From Acidimicrobiia bacterium (GTDB lineage Bacteria; Actinomycetota; Acidimicrobiia; Spongiisociales; Spongiisociaceae): a stretch of DNA of 47,081 nucleotides. Each line of letters begins with the position of its first letter. Position 1 is the first letter of the stretch. The translations under genes and the position numbers were made by a program. The stretch is taken from positions 17,607 through 64,687 of the forward strand of contig VXRE01000002.1 of assembly GCA_009838635.1 (NCBI GenBank). Direction: 5' to 3'. Under the pieces are notes generated by a model. The model did no database searches, was not told where the DNA came from, and was given only the letters and a program-made list of their open reading frames with translations. This document shows, piece after piece, positions 1 through 10,495 of the stretch.

Positions 1-607
1 GGGGGGCTCTCGGGGCCTTGAGCCGCAGGGCCGCCCGGCCATCGGAGGGCGGAACGACCGGGTCGATACCCAGGTCGGCGTAGGTGGCCATCGGGATGTA
101 GGGGATGCCGAGGTCGGCGAAGGCGTCTGTGGCCGTGTCGCCCCGGTCCGCCAGCGTCACCGCCGCCACCACCTCGGCGCCGGTCTGCCGGACCGCGCCG
201 AGGGCGTCGATGACGGACCCGCCGGTTGTCACGACGTCCTCGACAAGCAGCACCCTATCGCCGGGGCCGATCTGCAATCCCTCGATGCGGCGCCCGGTTC
301 CTCGCCCCTTCTGCCGCTTACGGACGATGAACCATCGCGTGTCGCTCACGGCGGCGATGCCCACCGCCAGCGCGTCGGCGCCCAATGTGGGACCGCCGGC
401 GGCATCGAACTCTATCCCTGCTTCGCCGACGGCCTCGACGATGGCATCGCATGCGACCTTGAGGTCCTGCCACGCGGCGAAGGCCTCCTTACCGTCGATG
501 AAGTCTCTCGAGATGGCCCCGCACGCCAGCTGTATCTCCTCGTCGCGGTGGCTCAGCGCCTTGGTCCTCAGGATCTGTTGAAGCCCGGCTCGTAGGGGCG
601 AGGGCAC
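1..607 (-). CDS. pyrE: Orotate phosphoribosyltransferase (3' end outside window)
   Basis: Not in the ORF track because there is no stop in the window. Manual translation from GTG 607 (RBS GAGGAG upstream) gives MPSPLRAGLQQILRTKAL...LACGAISRDFIDGK...GGPTLGAD...FIVRKRQKGRGTGRRIEG...VLLVEDVVTTGGS (PRPP-binding motif)...ADRG. Confidence 0.92.
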   Translation of the reverse strand, partial: MPSPLRAGLQQILRTKALSHRDEEIQLACGAISRDFIDGKEAFAAWQDLKVACDAIVEAVGEAGIEFDAAGGPTLGADALAVGIAAVSDTRWFIVRKRQKGRGTGRRIEGLQIGPGDRVLLVEDVVTTGGSVIDALGAVRQTGAEVVAAVTLADRGDTATDAFADLGIPYIPMATYADLGIDPVVPPSDGRAALRLKAPRAP

Positions 608-1032
608 GGCGGTTCTCCTCCTGGTGCGGTGCTCCTAGGAGGGTACTGAAAAAATCCGGTTGGCCCATGACAGGCGCCGGAACCCAAGGCCGGGGGCGTG
701 GCCGGCCACCCATGCCTCCGTCCTCTCGGGGATGCTCCTCGCCCTGACTGTTCGTAGTCCCCTCCCCGACGGACGCACACCATGCCACCTCAACCGCAGC
801 ATCGCCAGCGCCTACGTCACCGGCCGGGCGGGTGTCACGCCTGGGCCTAACCGGGTGCGGCGGCCGGAAACCCGGTGTTCCCAAGACTGCCTCGTTGAGA
901 GCGCCCGGAGCGGGCTAGCCTTACCCGACCGAGCAATCTCGCCGGCCGTGCACCAGGTCGAGGAGAGCATTGCTCACGTACGGATTCTTGAGGAGAAGGT
1001 TGGAGTTGCGGGTCGAGGTAGCGGGAGGAAGG

Positions 1033-3129
1033 GTGATCGGGCGCGGCCGGCGTACCGTTGCGGCGCTACTCGCGGGAGCGCTGATCGCCTCGGCGGCTGC
1101 TTTTGGTCCGGTTCCTGCCCGGGCAACCGACGGCGTCGCCGACCACCTGCCCGCCGCGACAGCCTGTACCGGAGCCGCCACCAAGTCGGCCGGGTTCCTC
1201 GACACGCTCGGCCTGGTCGCTGAGCCGTTCATCAACTGCCTGGCCCACTACGGAATCACGGCCGGGACCGCGCCGAATATCTTCACGCCGAACTCGCCCG
1301 TGACCCGATGGCAGATGGCGTTGTTCCTCGTCCGTGCGGCCCCCCTCGCCGGGGTCGACCTGAGCCCACCACTCGATCAAGGTTTCGTGGACATCGGGGG
1401 TCTCCGGCCAGCGGCTCAGGATGCGATCAACCAGCTGGCGAGCCTGGGCATCACACGGGGAAGCTCGCCCACCACCTTCTCGCCCAATTCCCTGGTGAAC
1501 CGGAGCCAGATGGCGCTGCTCCTGCATCGGTTCCTCCTGCAGTCGGCCGTCGGGCCGGGTGGGGTTCGCGCCGCCAGCGTCAGGCCGGACGACACCACTT
1601 TCTCGGACATCGGCGGTCTCAGCGGCAACGTGAACCACGCCATACGAGTCCTGTTCGAGATGGGGGTGACGTCCGGTACTTCGGCGACCACCTACTCGCC
1701 TTCATCGATCGTGACGCGAGCGCAGATGGCTATCTTCATCGCCCGGATGCTGGCGCACACCAATGCCCGCCCGGCCGGCGTGACCATGCACGCCGCGGCC
1801 GATCGGGTGTCCTCGGGCGACACCCTGATCGTGCACCTGTCGGTGCGGGACAGCAATCACCGGCCGGTCGCACATGGCTACGTGGACATGTTCACTACGC
1901 CCCTATCGAGGCCCTTGACCTCCTTCGACAGCGACGGCCTCTGCGTCAACAACATGGAGGCGGTGTTCGGTGAGTCGGTGTGCAGGATCGACCAGCTCGA
2001 TCAGCGGCTCGACGATCGGGGGAACCTGGTGGCTGTGCTCCAGCCCACCGATCACATGACGCTCTGGGCTTGGACCGGCTCGGTCGGTAACACGTTCGTA
2101 CTCGGTGATGTGCCGACCGACATGGTCCGGATTTCGGTGTGGAAGCATGCGGTGGCGGTCGACGTCCTGGACGATCTACCTCCCACGGCCCTCGCAGCTC
2201 GGATGGGCGAAGCCATAGAAGTCACCGTCCGGCTGGTGGACGAGGATGGCAGCACAGTGGGGGACCAGGGTGTCCGTGTTCAGGTGAGTACCACCTTCGA
2301 GATCAACGGGATCAGGCAACAAAAAGTTGTCAGGACCCATCTGACGGATGACAACGGGAGGGTGGAACTATCCTTCCTGGGTAGGGATCCCAGCTCGGCA
2401 CGGGTCGGTGACACCGTCAGGATGGACCTGGACGTGGACGCCGGCTTTCTCGATGTCCTGGACCGGACCACGCCAGGCGTGGTCACCCACGATGCCGTCG
2501 AGTCCAGGGACGTTTGGTTTACATGGTCCGACGCGGCGCCGCGGACGAGCACCCTCCGGCTGGCACAGACGGTGCCGTACCACGTGCTGCCTGCGTCGGC
2601 GCCCGGTCCCACCAACCTGATCAGGGCTCTACTCACCGATCAGTACGGCAGCCCCGTACCTGACGCCTCGATCGACTTCACGTCCGACGATCCGGACGGC
2701 ATAGGGAGCACCCGGGTAGCCAGGCTGACCGATCAGAGAGGTATCGCGGTTCTGCGCTACCTGTGGGGCAGCTCGGATGCGGCCGCCGAACGCATAACGG
2801 CCCGGCTGGCCGGCTCGGACCTGGCGCCCGCCTCCATCCGGCACTTCTGGGTGAAGCCGGAGTCCAATGGCGCGTCCAGCTCGGGCGCGGTGATCCATGT
2901 TGCCGACACCCTGCGCAATCAGATAGTGGTAGGCCATCCCACGCCGAGGGTCATCAGCTACACCGGTAGGGACCGGTTCCTGCTGGAAGGCCGGTCGGTG
3001 ACGCCGGCGGTATTCGAGGAGGCTCTGGATGCCGGCTTATACGGACGGATCACGTACACCGGCTACTCGACCGATGCCCAACGCGTGAGCACCTTCGATC
3101 TCACCAACAGCACCTCCGGCACAAGTTAG
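1033..3129 (+). CDS. Secreted S-layer-homology (SLH)-repeat protein with C-terminal Ig-like (Big_1-type) beta domains
   Basis: Signal peptide, then three SLH-like repeats (GITAGT...FTPNSPVTRWQMALFL; GITRGS...FSPNSLVNRSQMALLL; GVTSGT...YSPSSIVTRAQMAIFI) and Big_1-like motifs (LTDQYGSPVPDASIDF, TDDNGRV). GTG 1033 after GGAGGA preferred over the track start at 970. Confidence 0.8.
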   Translation: MIGRGRRTVAALLAGALIASAAAFGPVPARATDGVADHLPAATACTGAATKSAGFLDTLGLVAEPFINCLAHYGITAGTAPNIFTPNSPVTRWQMALFLVRAAPLAGVDLSPPLDQGFVDIGGLRPAAQDAINQLASLGITRGSSPTTFSPNSLVNRSQMALLLHRFLLQSAVGPGGVRAASVRPDDTTFSDIGGLSGNVNHAIRVLFEMGVTSGTSATTYSPSSIVTRAQMAIFIARMLAHTNARPAGVTMHAAADRVSSGDTLIVHLSVRDSNHRPVAHGYVDMFTTPLSRPLTSFDSDGLCVNNMEAVFGESVCRIDQLDQRLDDRGNLVAVLQPTDHMTLWAWTGSVGNTFVLGDVPTDMVRISVWKHAVAVDVLDDLPPTALAARMGEAIEVTVRLVDEDGSTVGDQGVRVQVSTTFEINGIRQQKVVRTHLTDDNGRVELSFLGRDPSSARVGDTVRMDLDVDAGFLDVLDRTTPGVVTHDAVESRDVWFTWSDAAPRTSTLRLAQTVPYHVLPASAPGPTNLIRALLTDQYGSPVPDASIDFTSDDPDGIGSTRVARLTDQRGIAVLRYLWGSSDAAAERITARLAGSDLAPASIRHFWVKPESNGASSSGAVIHVADTLRNQIVVGHPTPRVISYTGRDRFLLEGRSVTPAVFEEALDAGLYGRITYTGYSTDAQRVSTFDLTNSTSGTS

Positions 3130-3332
3130 ACTTCGAAGCCGTTCGGCGGCCGCCAACCTCGGGCTCAGGCGTCACATTTGACGTTCTCAGCCTCAAGAGT
3201 CCCCGAGAGGTCGGGGTCAGGTGGGTGACATGTCGTGGGTTGTCCGCCGGGAGGAGCGGCCAGGTGGATCACGCATGGAGCCGCCGGCCGTCGTTCCGAT
3301 GGTCCCGCACCGATCTTCGGACCCGGAACCGG

Positions 3333-3338
3333 TAACCT
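3333..3338 (+). promoter_or_regulatory. -10 hexamer (TAACCT) for a leaderless transcript starting at GTG 3345
   Basis: TAnnnT exactly 6 nt before the start codon, with no Shine-Dalgarno. The same geometry recurs at other genes in the window. Confidence 0.55.
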
Positions 3339-3344
3339 GACCAG

Positions 3345-4037
3345 GTGTCCATGTCCCAAGCTCCTGCGGCCCCACTCGAGACCGAACCTGACTGGCACGC
3401 CGTCCTGAGGGTTAGGAGAAGACTGGGCGGGAGGTGGTCCCTAGCGCTGGTCGGAGCGCTCCTGATCCTTCATGGCGGCGGTCTGCTGTTCGGATGGGCG
3501 CCCACGCGCACGATCCTCGGTCTGATCTACCCGAACGAGGACGACCTTCCCGGGATCGAGACGCGGGACATGGGATGGGCGGCGATGTTCCTGATCGTGG
3601 GTGTAATCCTGGTCGTATGGACATTCGTCCGGCTCGTCAGCCGGAGACCGGCTCTCCGGGCAGACCGGGACGGCTTGGCGCTGGCGGTAAGAGGACCCTT
3701 CCGGCGGGCGGTCACCATCCCGTGGAGTGAGGTGGACAGCGTGTCGGCTACGACGGTATCGGACGATTACGGAGACGTCCCGGCCTTGCTGATCCGCCTG
3801 GCGGACCCGGGCCGGATCGGACCCAACCCCTGGGGCGCTAGGTGGATCGAGCCCTCCACACTCTCCGTGAGCGCCCCGGACTGGAGACGGCATCCCCAGA
3901 GCGTTGCCGACCGGCTGCTGGGGTTCGCAGCTACGGGCACCCGCCCGCCGCCGGACGAGACCGGCCCCGACCCGACGCCTCCGTTGGCGACTGCTGATCC
4001 GGTTGTCGACGGTCCCTCTGAGGACGGGTCGGGATGA
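3345..4037 (+). CDS. Membrane protein (2 TM helices plus a probable PH-like cytoplasmic domain)
   Basis: Two hydrophobic segments, then [12 protein letters not shown]...[11 protein letters not shown], typical of bacterial PH-like domains. ATGA overlap with nfo. Confidence 0.65.
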   Translation: MSMSQAPAAPLETEPDWHAVLRVRRRLGGRWSLALVGALLILHGGGLLFGWAPTRTILGLIYPNEDDLPGIETRDMGWAAMFLIVGVILVVWTFVRLVSRRPALRADRDGLALAVRGPFRRAVTIPWSEVDSVSATTVSDDYGDVPALLIRLADPGRIGPNPWGARWIEPSTLSVSAPDWRRHPQSVADRLLGFAATGTRPPPDETGPDPTPPLATADPVVDGPSEDGSG

Positions 4038-4816
4038 TCGATGTCGGTGCCCACGTGTCCGGTGAGGATCCGGTAGCCGAAGCCATATCACGTGGCGTGG
4101 ATCTGGTGCAGATCTTCCTCGGCCCGCCTCAATCGTGGAAGAAGCCCGCACCGCGGCTCGACGCTCGGGAGTTGAAGGACTCACCGGTGGACATCTACGT
4201 CCACGCCCCCTACCGGCTCAACCTGGCCAGCCCTAACAACCGGATCCGCATCCCGAGCCGCAAGACCCTGGCCAACATCGTCGATGCCGCCGAGCAGATC
4301 GGTGCGGCCGGCGTAGTCGTGCACGGTGGCCACGTGACCGGTGGTGAGCCGGTCGAGGACGGGTTCCCGCGCTGGCGCAAGGCCCTGGAGAGCTTCGAGA
4401 CCGACCTTCCCATCCTGATCGAGAACACTGCTTCGGGCGACAACGCCCAGGCTCGGCGGATCGATGACCTGGCCCGGCTCTGGGAAGAGATCGGCGACCT
4501 GGGGCCCGGATTCTGCCTGGATACCTGCCATGTCTGGGCCGGGGGAGAGCCCCTGGAAGGAGTGGTCGAGCGGGTGCTCGAGGCGACCGGCCGGATCGAC
4601 CTCGTCCATCTGAACGACTCGCGGGACGGGTTCGACTCCCGGCGAGACCGCCACGCCAACCTGGGTCAGGGACACATCCCCGGAGACCTGTTGACCGAGA
4701 TCGTCCGCCAGGCCGGGGCGCCCACCATCATCGAGACCCCGGGGGGCGTTGCCGAGCACAACGCCGACCTGGACTGGATCAGGAACCGGCTGGCGACGGC
4801 TCCGAGCCTGGCCTAG
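4034..4816 (+). CDS. nfo: Endonuclease IV (AP endonuclease family 2)
   Basis: Zn-ligand motifs HAPY, VVHGGH, IENTA, DTCH, HLNDS, DRH, ETP. Confidence 0.92.
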   Translation: MIDVGAHVSGEDPVAEAISRGVDLVQIFLGPPQSWKKPAPRLDARELKDSPVDIYVHAPYRLNLASPNNRIRIPSRKTLANIVDAAEQIGAAGVVVHGGHVTGGEPVEDGFPRWRKALESFETDLPILIENTASGDNAQARRIDDLARLWEEIGDLGPGFCLDTCHVWAGGEPLEGVVERVLEATGRIDLVHLNDSRDGFDSRRDRHANLGQGHIPGDLLTEIVRQAGAPTIIETPGGVAEHNADLDWIRNRLATAPSLA

Positions 4817-4828
4817 CCGTTCTCCGCC

Positions 4829-5140
4829 CTAACCGTCGTCCCGGTAGACGGCGGCGATTTCGTCCCCGCACTCCGCCTCGATCCGGTCCATGACCGCGCC
4901 GTGGCGAGTAGCGTCGACCAGGATCCCGCTCACGTCATCGGCCGTCATGCCCTCGGTCCTCACCTGCCGGCACACTTCCCAGGCCAGGTAGTCGAGGTCG
5001 TCCCGGGGTTGCTCGTTCCCGCAGGACGCGCCGACGAGCACCGCCACCGTCAGGAACAGCGACCAGCGCCGTAAGCCGGTGTTCGCGCGGCCGCGGATTC
5101 GGTTCCATCGCATCGCAATCCGGCTCACGCTAGTGGTCAT
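4829..5140 (-). CDS. Small hypothetical lipoprotein
   Basis: Arg-rich N-terminus, hydrophobic stretch and lipobox-like VGAS-C, then two more Cys. Directly downstream of clpB. Confidence 0.55.
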   Translation of the reverse strand: MTTSVSRIAMRWNRIRGRANTGLRRWSLFLTVAVLVGASCGNEQPRDDLDYLAWEVCRQVRTEGMTADDVSGILVDATRHGAVMDRIEAECGDEIAAVYRDDG

Positions 5141-5179
5141 GCTCCCCGCTGCGGTCGGGACGGCGCCGCGCGAGACGAC

Positions 5180-7789
5180 CTATGCCCGCACGCCCGAGCC
5201 ACCGGTCGGCGGCGACTTGTCCACGGAGAGGGCCAACCCCTCGCCGTCGACGGTCGTGGTCACGGTGTCGCCGGATCGGAAGCGTCCTTCCAGCAGGCCC
5301 AGGGCGAGCGGGTCGACCAGGGCGGTCTGGAGGAGGCGCTTGAGCGGCCGGGCGCCGTAGGCAGGGTCGTAGCCCTCGCCGGCCAGCCAGTCGGCCGCCT
5401 CGTCGGACAGGTTCACGGTGATGCCCCGGGCCTCGATCCGCTCGGCGAGCCGGGCGAACTGGAGATCCACGATCCGGCGCAGGTCCTCTTCGGATAGCCG
5501 GGAGAACACCACGATGTCGTCGATCCGGTTGAGGAACTCGGGGCGGAAGTGGCCCCGAACCCGTTCCATCACCCGGCTGCGGACCGTCTCCCAGGGAAGA
5601 TCCGGGGTGATCATCTCCGAGCCCAGGTTGGAGGTCATGATCAGCACCACATTGGCGAAGTCCACGGTCCGGCCCTGGCCGTCGGTGAGCCGCCCGTCGT
5701 CGAGCACCTGGAGGAGCACCCCGAAGACCTCGGAGTGGGCCTTCTCCACCTCGTCCAGCAGGATCACCGAGTAGGGGCGGCGCCGGACCGCCTCGGTCAG
5801 CTGACCTCCCTCCTCGTAACCCACGTAGCCGGGAGGCGCGCCGACCAGGCGGCTGACGGAGTGCTTCTCCATGTACTCGGACATGTCGATCCGCACCATG
5901 GCCCGCTCGTCGTCGAACAAGAAGGCGGCGAGGGTCTTGGCCAGCTCGGTCTTGCCTACCCCGGAGGGACCGAGGAAGAGGAAAGAGCCGATCGGGCGGT
6001 TGGGGTCGGCCAGACCGGAGCGGCTCCGTCGGATAGCGCCTGCCACCGCCGACACACCGGCATCCTGGCCGATCACTCGCTCGTGGAGATGATCCTCGAG
6101 GTGGACCAGCCTGGCCATCTCGCTCTCCATGAGTCGCGAGACGGGGATCCCGGTCCAACGGCTCACGACCGCCGCCACATCCTCCTCGGTGACCTCCTCG
6201 CTGAGCATGGACATGTCGGCCTGCAGATCGGCGAGGGCCTCCTCGCGGGTTGCCAGTTCCCGCGCCAGGCGGGGGAGCTCCCCGTACTGCAGCTCCGCGG
6301 CTCGCTGCAGGTCACCGGCCCGGGTGGCCCGGTCCGACTCCATGCGGGCATCCTCAATCTGTTGCTTGACCGACCTGATCGCCTCGATCTCGTCCTTCTC
6401 GTGCTGCCAATGGGCGGTCAGCCGGTCCAGCTCCTCGGCGATCTCGGCCATCTCCTGGCGGACAGCCTCCATCCGGGCCTTCGAACCCGGGTCGGACTCC
6501 TTGCCCAGCGCGCTCGCCTCGATCTCGAGCTGGCGCAGGCGGCGGGTCAGGGTGTCGATCTCCTCGGGCATGGAGTCGATCTCGATGCGGAGCCGGGAGG
6601 CGGCTTCGTCCATCAGGTCGATGGCCTTGTCGGGCAGGTGCCGGGAGGTGATGTAGCGGTCGGACAGCACGGCCGCGGCGATCAGGGCCGCGTCGGTGAT
6701 CCGGACCCCGTGGTGGACTTCGTAGCGTTCCTTCAGACCCCGCAGGATCCCGACCGTCTCGTCGGTGCTGGGAGGCGCCACCATCACCGGCTGGAAGCGC
6801 CGTTCAAGGGCGGCGTCCTTCTCCACGTGCTTGCGGTACTCGTCCAGGGTGGTGGCGCCGATCATGCGAAGCTCGCCCCGGGCGAGCAGCGGCTTGAGCA
6901 TGTTGGAGGCGTCCATCGCCCCCTCGGCGGCGCCGGCGCCCACCAGCGTGTGCATCTCGTCGATGAAGGTGACGATCCGGCCCTCGGCGGCCTTGATCTC
7001 GTCGAGCGTGGCCTTGAGGCGCTCCTCGAACTCCCCCCGGTACTTGGCTCCCGCCACCATGGCGCCCAGGTCGAGCGCCACGATCCGCTTGTTCCTGAGG
7101 CCCTCGGGGACGTCGCCGTCCAGGATACGCAGGGCCAGTCCTTCGGCGATGGCGGTCTTGCCGACGCCGGGCTCGCCGATGAGGACCGGGTTGTTCTTGG
7201 TGCGCCGACTCAGCACCTGGATGATCCGGCGTATCTCATCATCCCGCCCGATCACCGGATCGAGCTTGCCCGCCCCGGCCTCGGCGACCAGATCGCGCCC
7301 GAAACGGTCAAGGGCGGCCATCGTGTCCTCGGGGTTGTCGGTGGTGACCCGCCGGGCGCCGCGGACGTCCGCCAGTACGTCGGAGATGGCCTGGCGAGTG
7401 ACGCCGGAGTCCCGCAGGAGGCTTCCGGCCCGGGTATCGGACCCGGCCAGGGCCGCCAGCAGGTGCTCTACGGAGGTGTAGCTGTCGCCGGCCGCGGCCA
7501 TCGCAGCCTGGGCGTCCTCAAGGATGCGGATGGTGGAGCGGGCGTAGCCGGTCTCGGTGCCGCCGTACACCTGCGGGAGTGACTCCACCATGGCCTCGGC
7601 GCCCTGGCGGAGAAGGGCCGGCGCCACATCGAGGCGGGCCAGCAGGGGAAGGGTGACGGTGTCGGGCTGCCCGAGGAGCGCCACGAGCAGATGGGCCGGC
7701 TCGACCGCCTGATGATGGCGAGCGGTGGCGTCATCGCGGGCTGTTACCAGGGCCGCCTGTGCCTTCTGGGTGAACCTTCCTGCGTCCAT
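5180..7789 (-). CDS. clpB: ATP-dependent disaggregase ClpB
   Basis: Clp N domain, NBD1 ([22 protein letters not shown]), coiled-coil middle domain, NBD2 ([33 protein letters not shown]), GARPLKR. Confidence 0.98.
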   Translation of the reverse strand: MDAGRFTQKAQAALVTARDDATARHHQAVEPAHLLVALLGQPDTVTLPLLARLDVAPALLRQGAEAMVESLPQVYGGTETGYARSTIRILEDAQAAMAAAGDSYTSVEHLLAALAGSDTRAGSLLRDSGVTRQAISDVLADVRGARRVTTDNPEDTMAALDRFGRDLVAEAGAGKLDPVIGRDDEIRRIIQVLSRRTKNNPVLIGEPGVGKTAIAEGLALRILDGDVPEGLRNKRIVALDLGAMVAGAKYRGEFEERLKATLDEIKAAEGRIVTFIDEMHTLVGAGAAEGAMDASNMLKPLLARGELRMIGATTLDEYRKHVEKDAALERRFQPVMVAPPSTDETVGILRGLKERYEVHHGVRITDAALIAAAVLSDRYITSRHLPDKAIDLMDEAASRLRIEIDSMPEEIDTLTRRLRQLEIEASALGKESDPGSKARMEAVRQEMAEIAEELDRLTAHWQHEKDEIEAIRSVKQQIEDARMESDRATRAGDLQRAAELQYGELPRLARELATREEALADLQADMSMLSEEVTEEDVAAVVSRWTGIPVSRLMESEMARLVHLEDHLHERVIGQDAGVSAVAGAIRRSRSGLADPNRPIGSFLFLGPSGVGKTELAKTLAAFLFDDERAMVRIDMSEYMEKHSVSRLVGAPPGYVGYEEGGQLTEAVRRRPYSVILLDEVEKAHSEVFGVLLQVLDDGRLTDGQGRTVDFANVVLIMTSNLGSEMITPDLPWETVRSRVMERVRGHFRPEFLNRIDDIVVFSRLSEEDLRRIVDLQFARLAERIEARGITVNLSDEAADWLAGEGYDPAYGARPLKRLLQTALVDPLALGLLEGRFRSGDTVTTTVDGEGLALSVDKSPPTGGSGVRA

Positions 7790-7833
7790 CGTTACTCCGC
7801 CTCTCCGGGGCCGGACTACCTTCCACCTGTTCC

Positions 7834-7859
7834 AACGCCGGTGGCGCGTGGATTATGCC
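7834..7859 (-). promoter_or_regulatory. Putative SigH/SigR-type ECF promoter of clpB
   Basis: Minus strand reads GGCAT-N18-GTT, one mismatch from the actinobacterial GGAAT-N18-GTT consensus. Confidence 0.5.
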
Positions 7860-7866
7860 CAGAAAA

Positions 7867-7887
7867 TCTAAGCGTAATCATATCAAA
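7867..7887. promoter_or_regulatory. Degenerate HAIR (HspR operator)-like site
   Basis: TCTAAGC-N7-TATCAAA in an AT-rich patch just upstream of the clpB promoter. Only a partial match to CTTGAGT-N7-ACTCAAG. Confidence 0.35.
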
Positions 7888-8027
7888 TCCGGGACCTGCG
7901 GCAAGGCTCGGCGTTTGCCGTGAGCGGAAGCGACCAGGCAGGATGGCTCGCTCGGTAACCTGCCCTGAGAACCCGGTAGCGCGTTCTGTCCGGAACGGTC
8001 CGGGACTAGACCTTGGAGACACCCCCG

Positions 8028-8759
8028 ATGCCCTTGACCAGCCTTGCGGATGGCCTGTTCGGTGAGCGCTACGGATCGAGACCGGTCCGGGTGGTGGCTC
8101 TCCACGGCTGGGGTCGGGACCGGCGAGACTTCCGGCGCGTTCTGGAGGGCCTCGATGCGGTGGCGGTCGACCTGCCCGGGTTCGGCGCCACGCCTCCGCC
8201 GGCCGCAGCCGCCGGCGCGGCCGGATATGCCGGGATGGTGGCCGCCTGGTTGCAGCAGCTATCCGGGCCCCAGGTCCTGGTGGGGCATTCGTTCGGGGGC
8301 CGGGTCGCCGTGGTCCTGGCCGCGACCCGGCCGGAGCTGGTAGCCGGCCTGGTCCTGGTGGGGGTACCCCTGCTCCACCGCTCGGATCGAGCCGCCCGCC
8401 AGCCTTCGGTCGCCTACCGGCTGCTGCGTCTGGCCCACCGGGCCGGTCTGATCAGCGACGAGCGTCTCGAACGCGAGAAGCGCCGCCGGGGATCGGCCGA
8501 CTACCGGGCGGTGACCGGGGTGATGCGCGACACCCTGGTGAGGGTGGTGAACGAGAGCTACGAGGACCGCCTGCCCGACGTGGCCTGTCCGGTGCGGCTG
8601 GTGTGGGGAGCGGCCGACTCGGAGGTTCCACCGGAGGTGGCGCATCGAGCCGCAGCGCTTCTCAGGAACGTGGACATCGAGGTGGTCGAGGGTTGCGGGC
8701 ATGACCTTCCCCGAGAGGCCCCGGAGCGGATCCGGACGGCCATAGAGACCCTGACATGA
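8028..8759 (+). CDS. Alpha/beta-fold hydrolase
   Basis: HGWG oxyanion motif, DLPGFG, nucleophile GHSFGG, WGAAD, C-terminal GH. ATGA overlap with murF. Confidence 0.9.
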   Translation: MPLTSLADGLFGERYGSRPVRVVALHGWGRDRRDFRRVLEGLDAVAVDLPGFGATPPPAAAAGAAGYAGMVAAWLQQLSGPQVLVGHSFGGRVAVVLAATRPELVAGLVLVGVPLLHRSDRAARQPSVAYRLLRLAHRAGLISDERLEREKRRRGSADYRAVTGVMRDTLVRVVNESYEDRLPDVACPVRLVWGAADSEVPPEVAHRAAALLRNVDIEVVEGCGHDLPREAPERIRTAIETLT

Positions 8760-10306
8760 GTTGGACCTCTTGGCTGGTGCCGGTGCTGAGCCTGGCGGGC
8801 ATTGCCGTCGCGGCCGTCAAATGGCTACGTGTGGCTCAGCGGGAGCACTACCTGGCCGGTTCGATCCTCTTCATGCGCCGGGTCTGGATCACCGGCCGGC
8901 CCGTGAACGTCCTCGAGGAGGTGATGCTGGCCGGCGCCCTGGCCGGCTATGCCCTGGCGCCCGATTCGTTCTGGCCCTTGTTGGGCTGCTTGGGGATTGT
9001 GATCTTCCCGATCGGCCTCGGCTACCGCGGCCGGACGTCCCCGCTCAACTGGACCGTCCGGCTCAGGCGCACCGCCTCGGTCGGGGCGATCCTCCTCGCC
9101 CTGGCTACCGCCCTGCTCGGCTGGATGATCACCATCGTGCTCGACGGGGGATGGCCCGGTGCTCTCGCCATGGCCGCCGTCGTCTCGTGGTACGCCATCC
9201 CGGATCTCGGGCTGTGGATAGCCGCACCTGTCGAGAGGCGGCTGTCGGAGAAGTTCGTGGTCCGAGCGGCCGGTACGCTGGACCGGGTGGCTCCGGTAGT
9301 GGTGGGTATCACCGGGAGCTACGGCAAGACCAGCACCAAGTGGTACGTCCGGGACCTCTTGTCCGGAACCAAGCGGGTGGTGGCCAGCCCGGCCAGCTTC
9401 AACAACCGGCTCGGCCTGGCCCGGGCGATCAACGAGACCCTGACCGATGACGCCGAGGTGTTCGTGGCGGAGATGGGCGCCTACCAGCCCGGGGAGATCG
9501 CCGACACCTGCTCCTGGATACCTCCGAGCATCGCCGTCCTGACTGCCATCGGACCGGTTCACCTGCAACGGTTCAAGTCGGAGGAGCGCATCGTCGAGGC
9601 CAAGTCCGAGATCTTCGAGCATGCCGAGGTGGCGATTGTCAACGTGGACCATCCGGCGCTGGCGGACCTGGCCGGGCGCCTGGGTGACCGGAAGGTGTGG
9701 CGATGCGGAACCTCCGAAGGGGCCACGGACGTGCGGGTTCGCCAGGACGGCGACCTCCTGACCATCGTGGTGGACGGCCGGGCGCTCGGCGAGCCGGTCC
9801 CGACCGGCCCGTTTCCCGCCAACCTGGCCTGTGCGGTCGCGGTGGCTCTGGAGATGGGGGTTCCTCCCGCAGTGGTGTCCGATCGGACCCGCCGTCTCGC
9901 CCCCACGGACCACCGCCAGACGACCGGCCGGTCGGAGGCCGGGTTCGAGATCATCGACGACACGTTCAACTCCAATCCCGCCGGCGGCGCCCGGGCCCTC
10001 GAAGTCCTGGCGGGCGCCGGAGATCCGTCCGGCCGCCGGGTGGTGGTGACTCCCGGGATGGTGGAACTCGGCCCCCGGCAGCACGACGCCAACCTGCGGT
10101 TCGCCGCGGCAGCCGCGGAGGTGGCTGATCATCTGGTGATCGTGGGCAGGGCCAACCGTAGGGCACTGCTCCGTGGCGCACGAGGAGGCTCGGTCGAGGT
10201 GATCCTGGTCGACAACAGGGAGCAGGCGGTGGCCTGGGTCCGGGAGCTCCTGGGTCCGGGCGATGCCGTCCTTTACGAGAACGACCTACCCGATCACTAC
10301 CCGTAA
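8756..10306 (+). CDS. murF: MurF-family Mur ligase with N-terminal multi-pass membrane domain
   Basis: GITGSYGKTSTK P-loop, SFNN, AEMGA, IIDDTFNSNP, VVTPGMVELG, terminal ENDLPDHY. The first ~160 aa are hydrophobic helices. Confidence 0.85.
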   Translation: MSWTSWLVPVLSLAGIAVAAVKWLRVAQREHYLAGSILFMRRVWITGRPVNVLEEVMLAGALAGYALAPDSFWPLLGCLGIVIFPIGLGYRGRTSPLNWTVRLRRTASVGAILLALATALLGWMITIVLDGGWPGALAMAAVVSWYAIPDLGLWIAAPVERRLSEKFVVRAAGTLDRVAPVVVGITGSYGKTSTKWYVRDLLSGTKRVVASPASFNNRLGLARAINETLTDDAEVFVAEMGAYQPGEIADTCSWIPPSIAVLTAIGPVHLQRFKSEERIVEAKSEIFEHAEVAIVNVDHPALADLAGRLGDRKVWRCGTSEGATDVRVRQDGDLLTIVVDGRALGEPVPTGPFPANLACAVAVALEMGVPPAVVSDRTRRLAPTDHRQTTGRSEAGFEIIDDTFNSNPAGGARALEVLAGAGDPSGRRVVVTPGMVELGPRQHDANLRFAAAAAEVADHLVIVGRANRRALLRGARGGSVEVILVDNREQAVAWVRELLGPGDAVLYENDLPDHYP

Positions 10307-10465
10307 GGTCTGACTCGGAGTCGTGGCGAGCGGGTGGGATGGGAGTGTCGGTAGGACATCCCCCGGCCCGCATCCGTTCCGGTCCCGATGCTGTTCCTAC
10401 ACGAGGGCCCTAGTACCACCTGCCTGTTTCGGCTCGACGTTTTTTCGCGTTCTCAAGAGTAGGGG

Positions 10466-10493
10466 TTGACTTGTCACAACCCCGATATATGTT
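10466..10493 (+). promoter_or_regulatory. SigA-type promoter for the candidate ncRNA
   Basis: TTGACT (10466-10471), 16-bp spacer, TATGTT (10488-10493). No credible ORF downstream. Confidence 0.6.
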
Positions 10494-10495
10494 GA

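Noticed and set aside
4628-4650. GGGTTCGACTCCC, resembling a tRNA T-arm
   Set aside because: Inside nfo (GFDSR); no cloverleaf or CCA end.
5549-7582. 677-aa ORF antisense to clpB, and similar long antisense ORFs (11095-12747, 15054-16382, 23060-24427, 45692-46993)
   Set aside because: Typical high-GC shadow ORFs opposite well-supported genes.
7892-8001. Possible multi-stem RNA leader upstream of the hydrolase-murF operon
   Set aside because: Stems are only 5-8 bp in very GC-rich DNA, with no recognisable motif, so chance cannot be excluded.
10478-10494. NrdR-box-like sequence in the ncRNA promoter
   Set aside because: Poor match at key positions and no nrd genes nearby.
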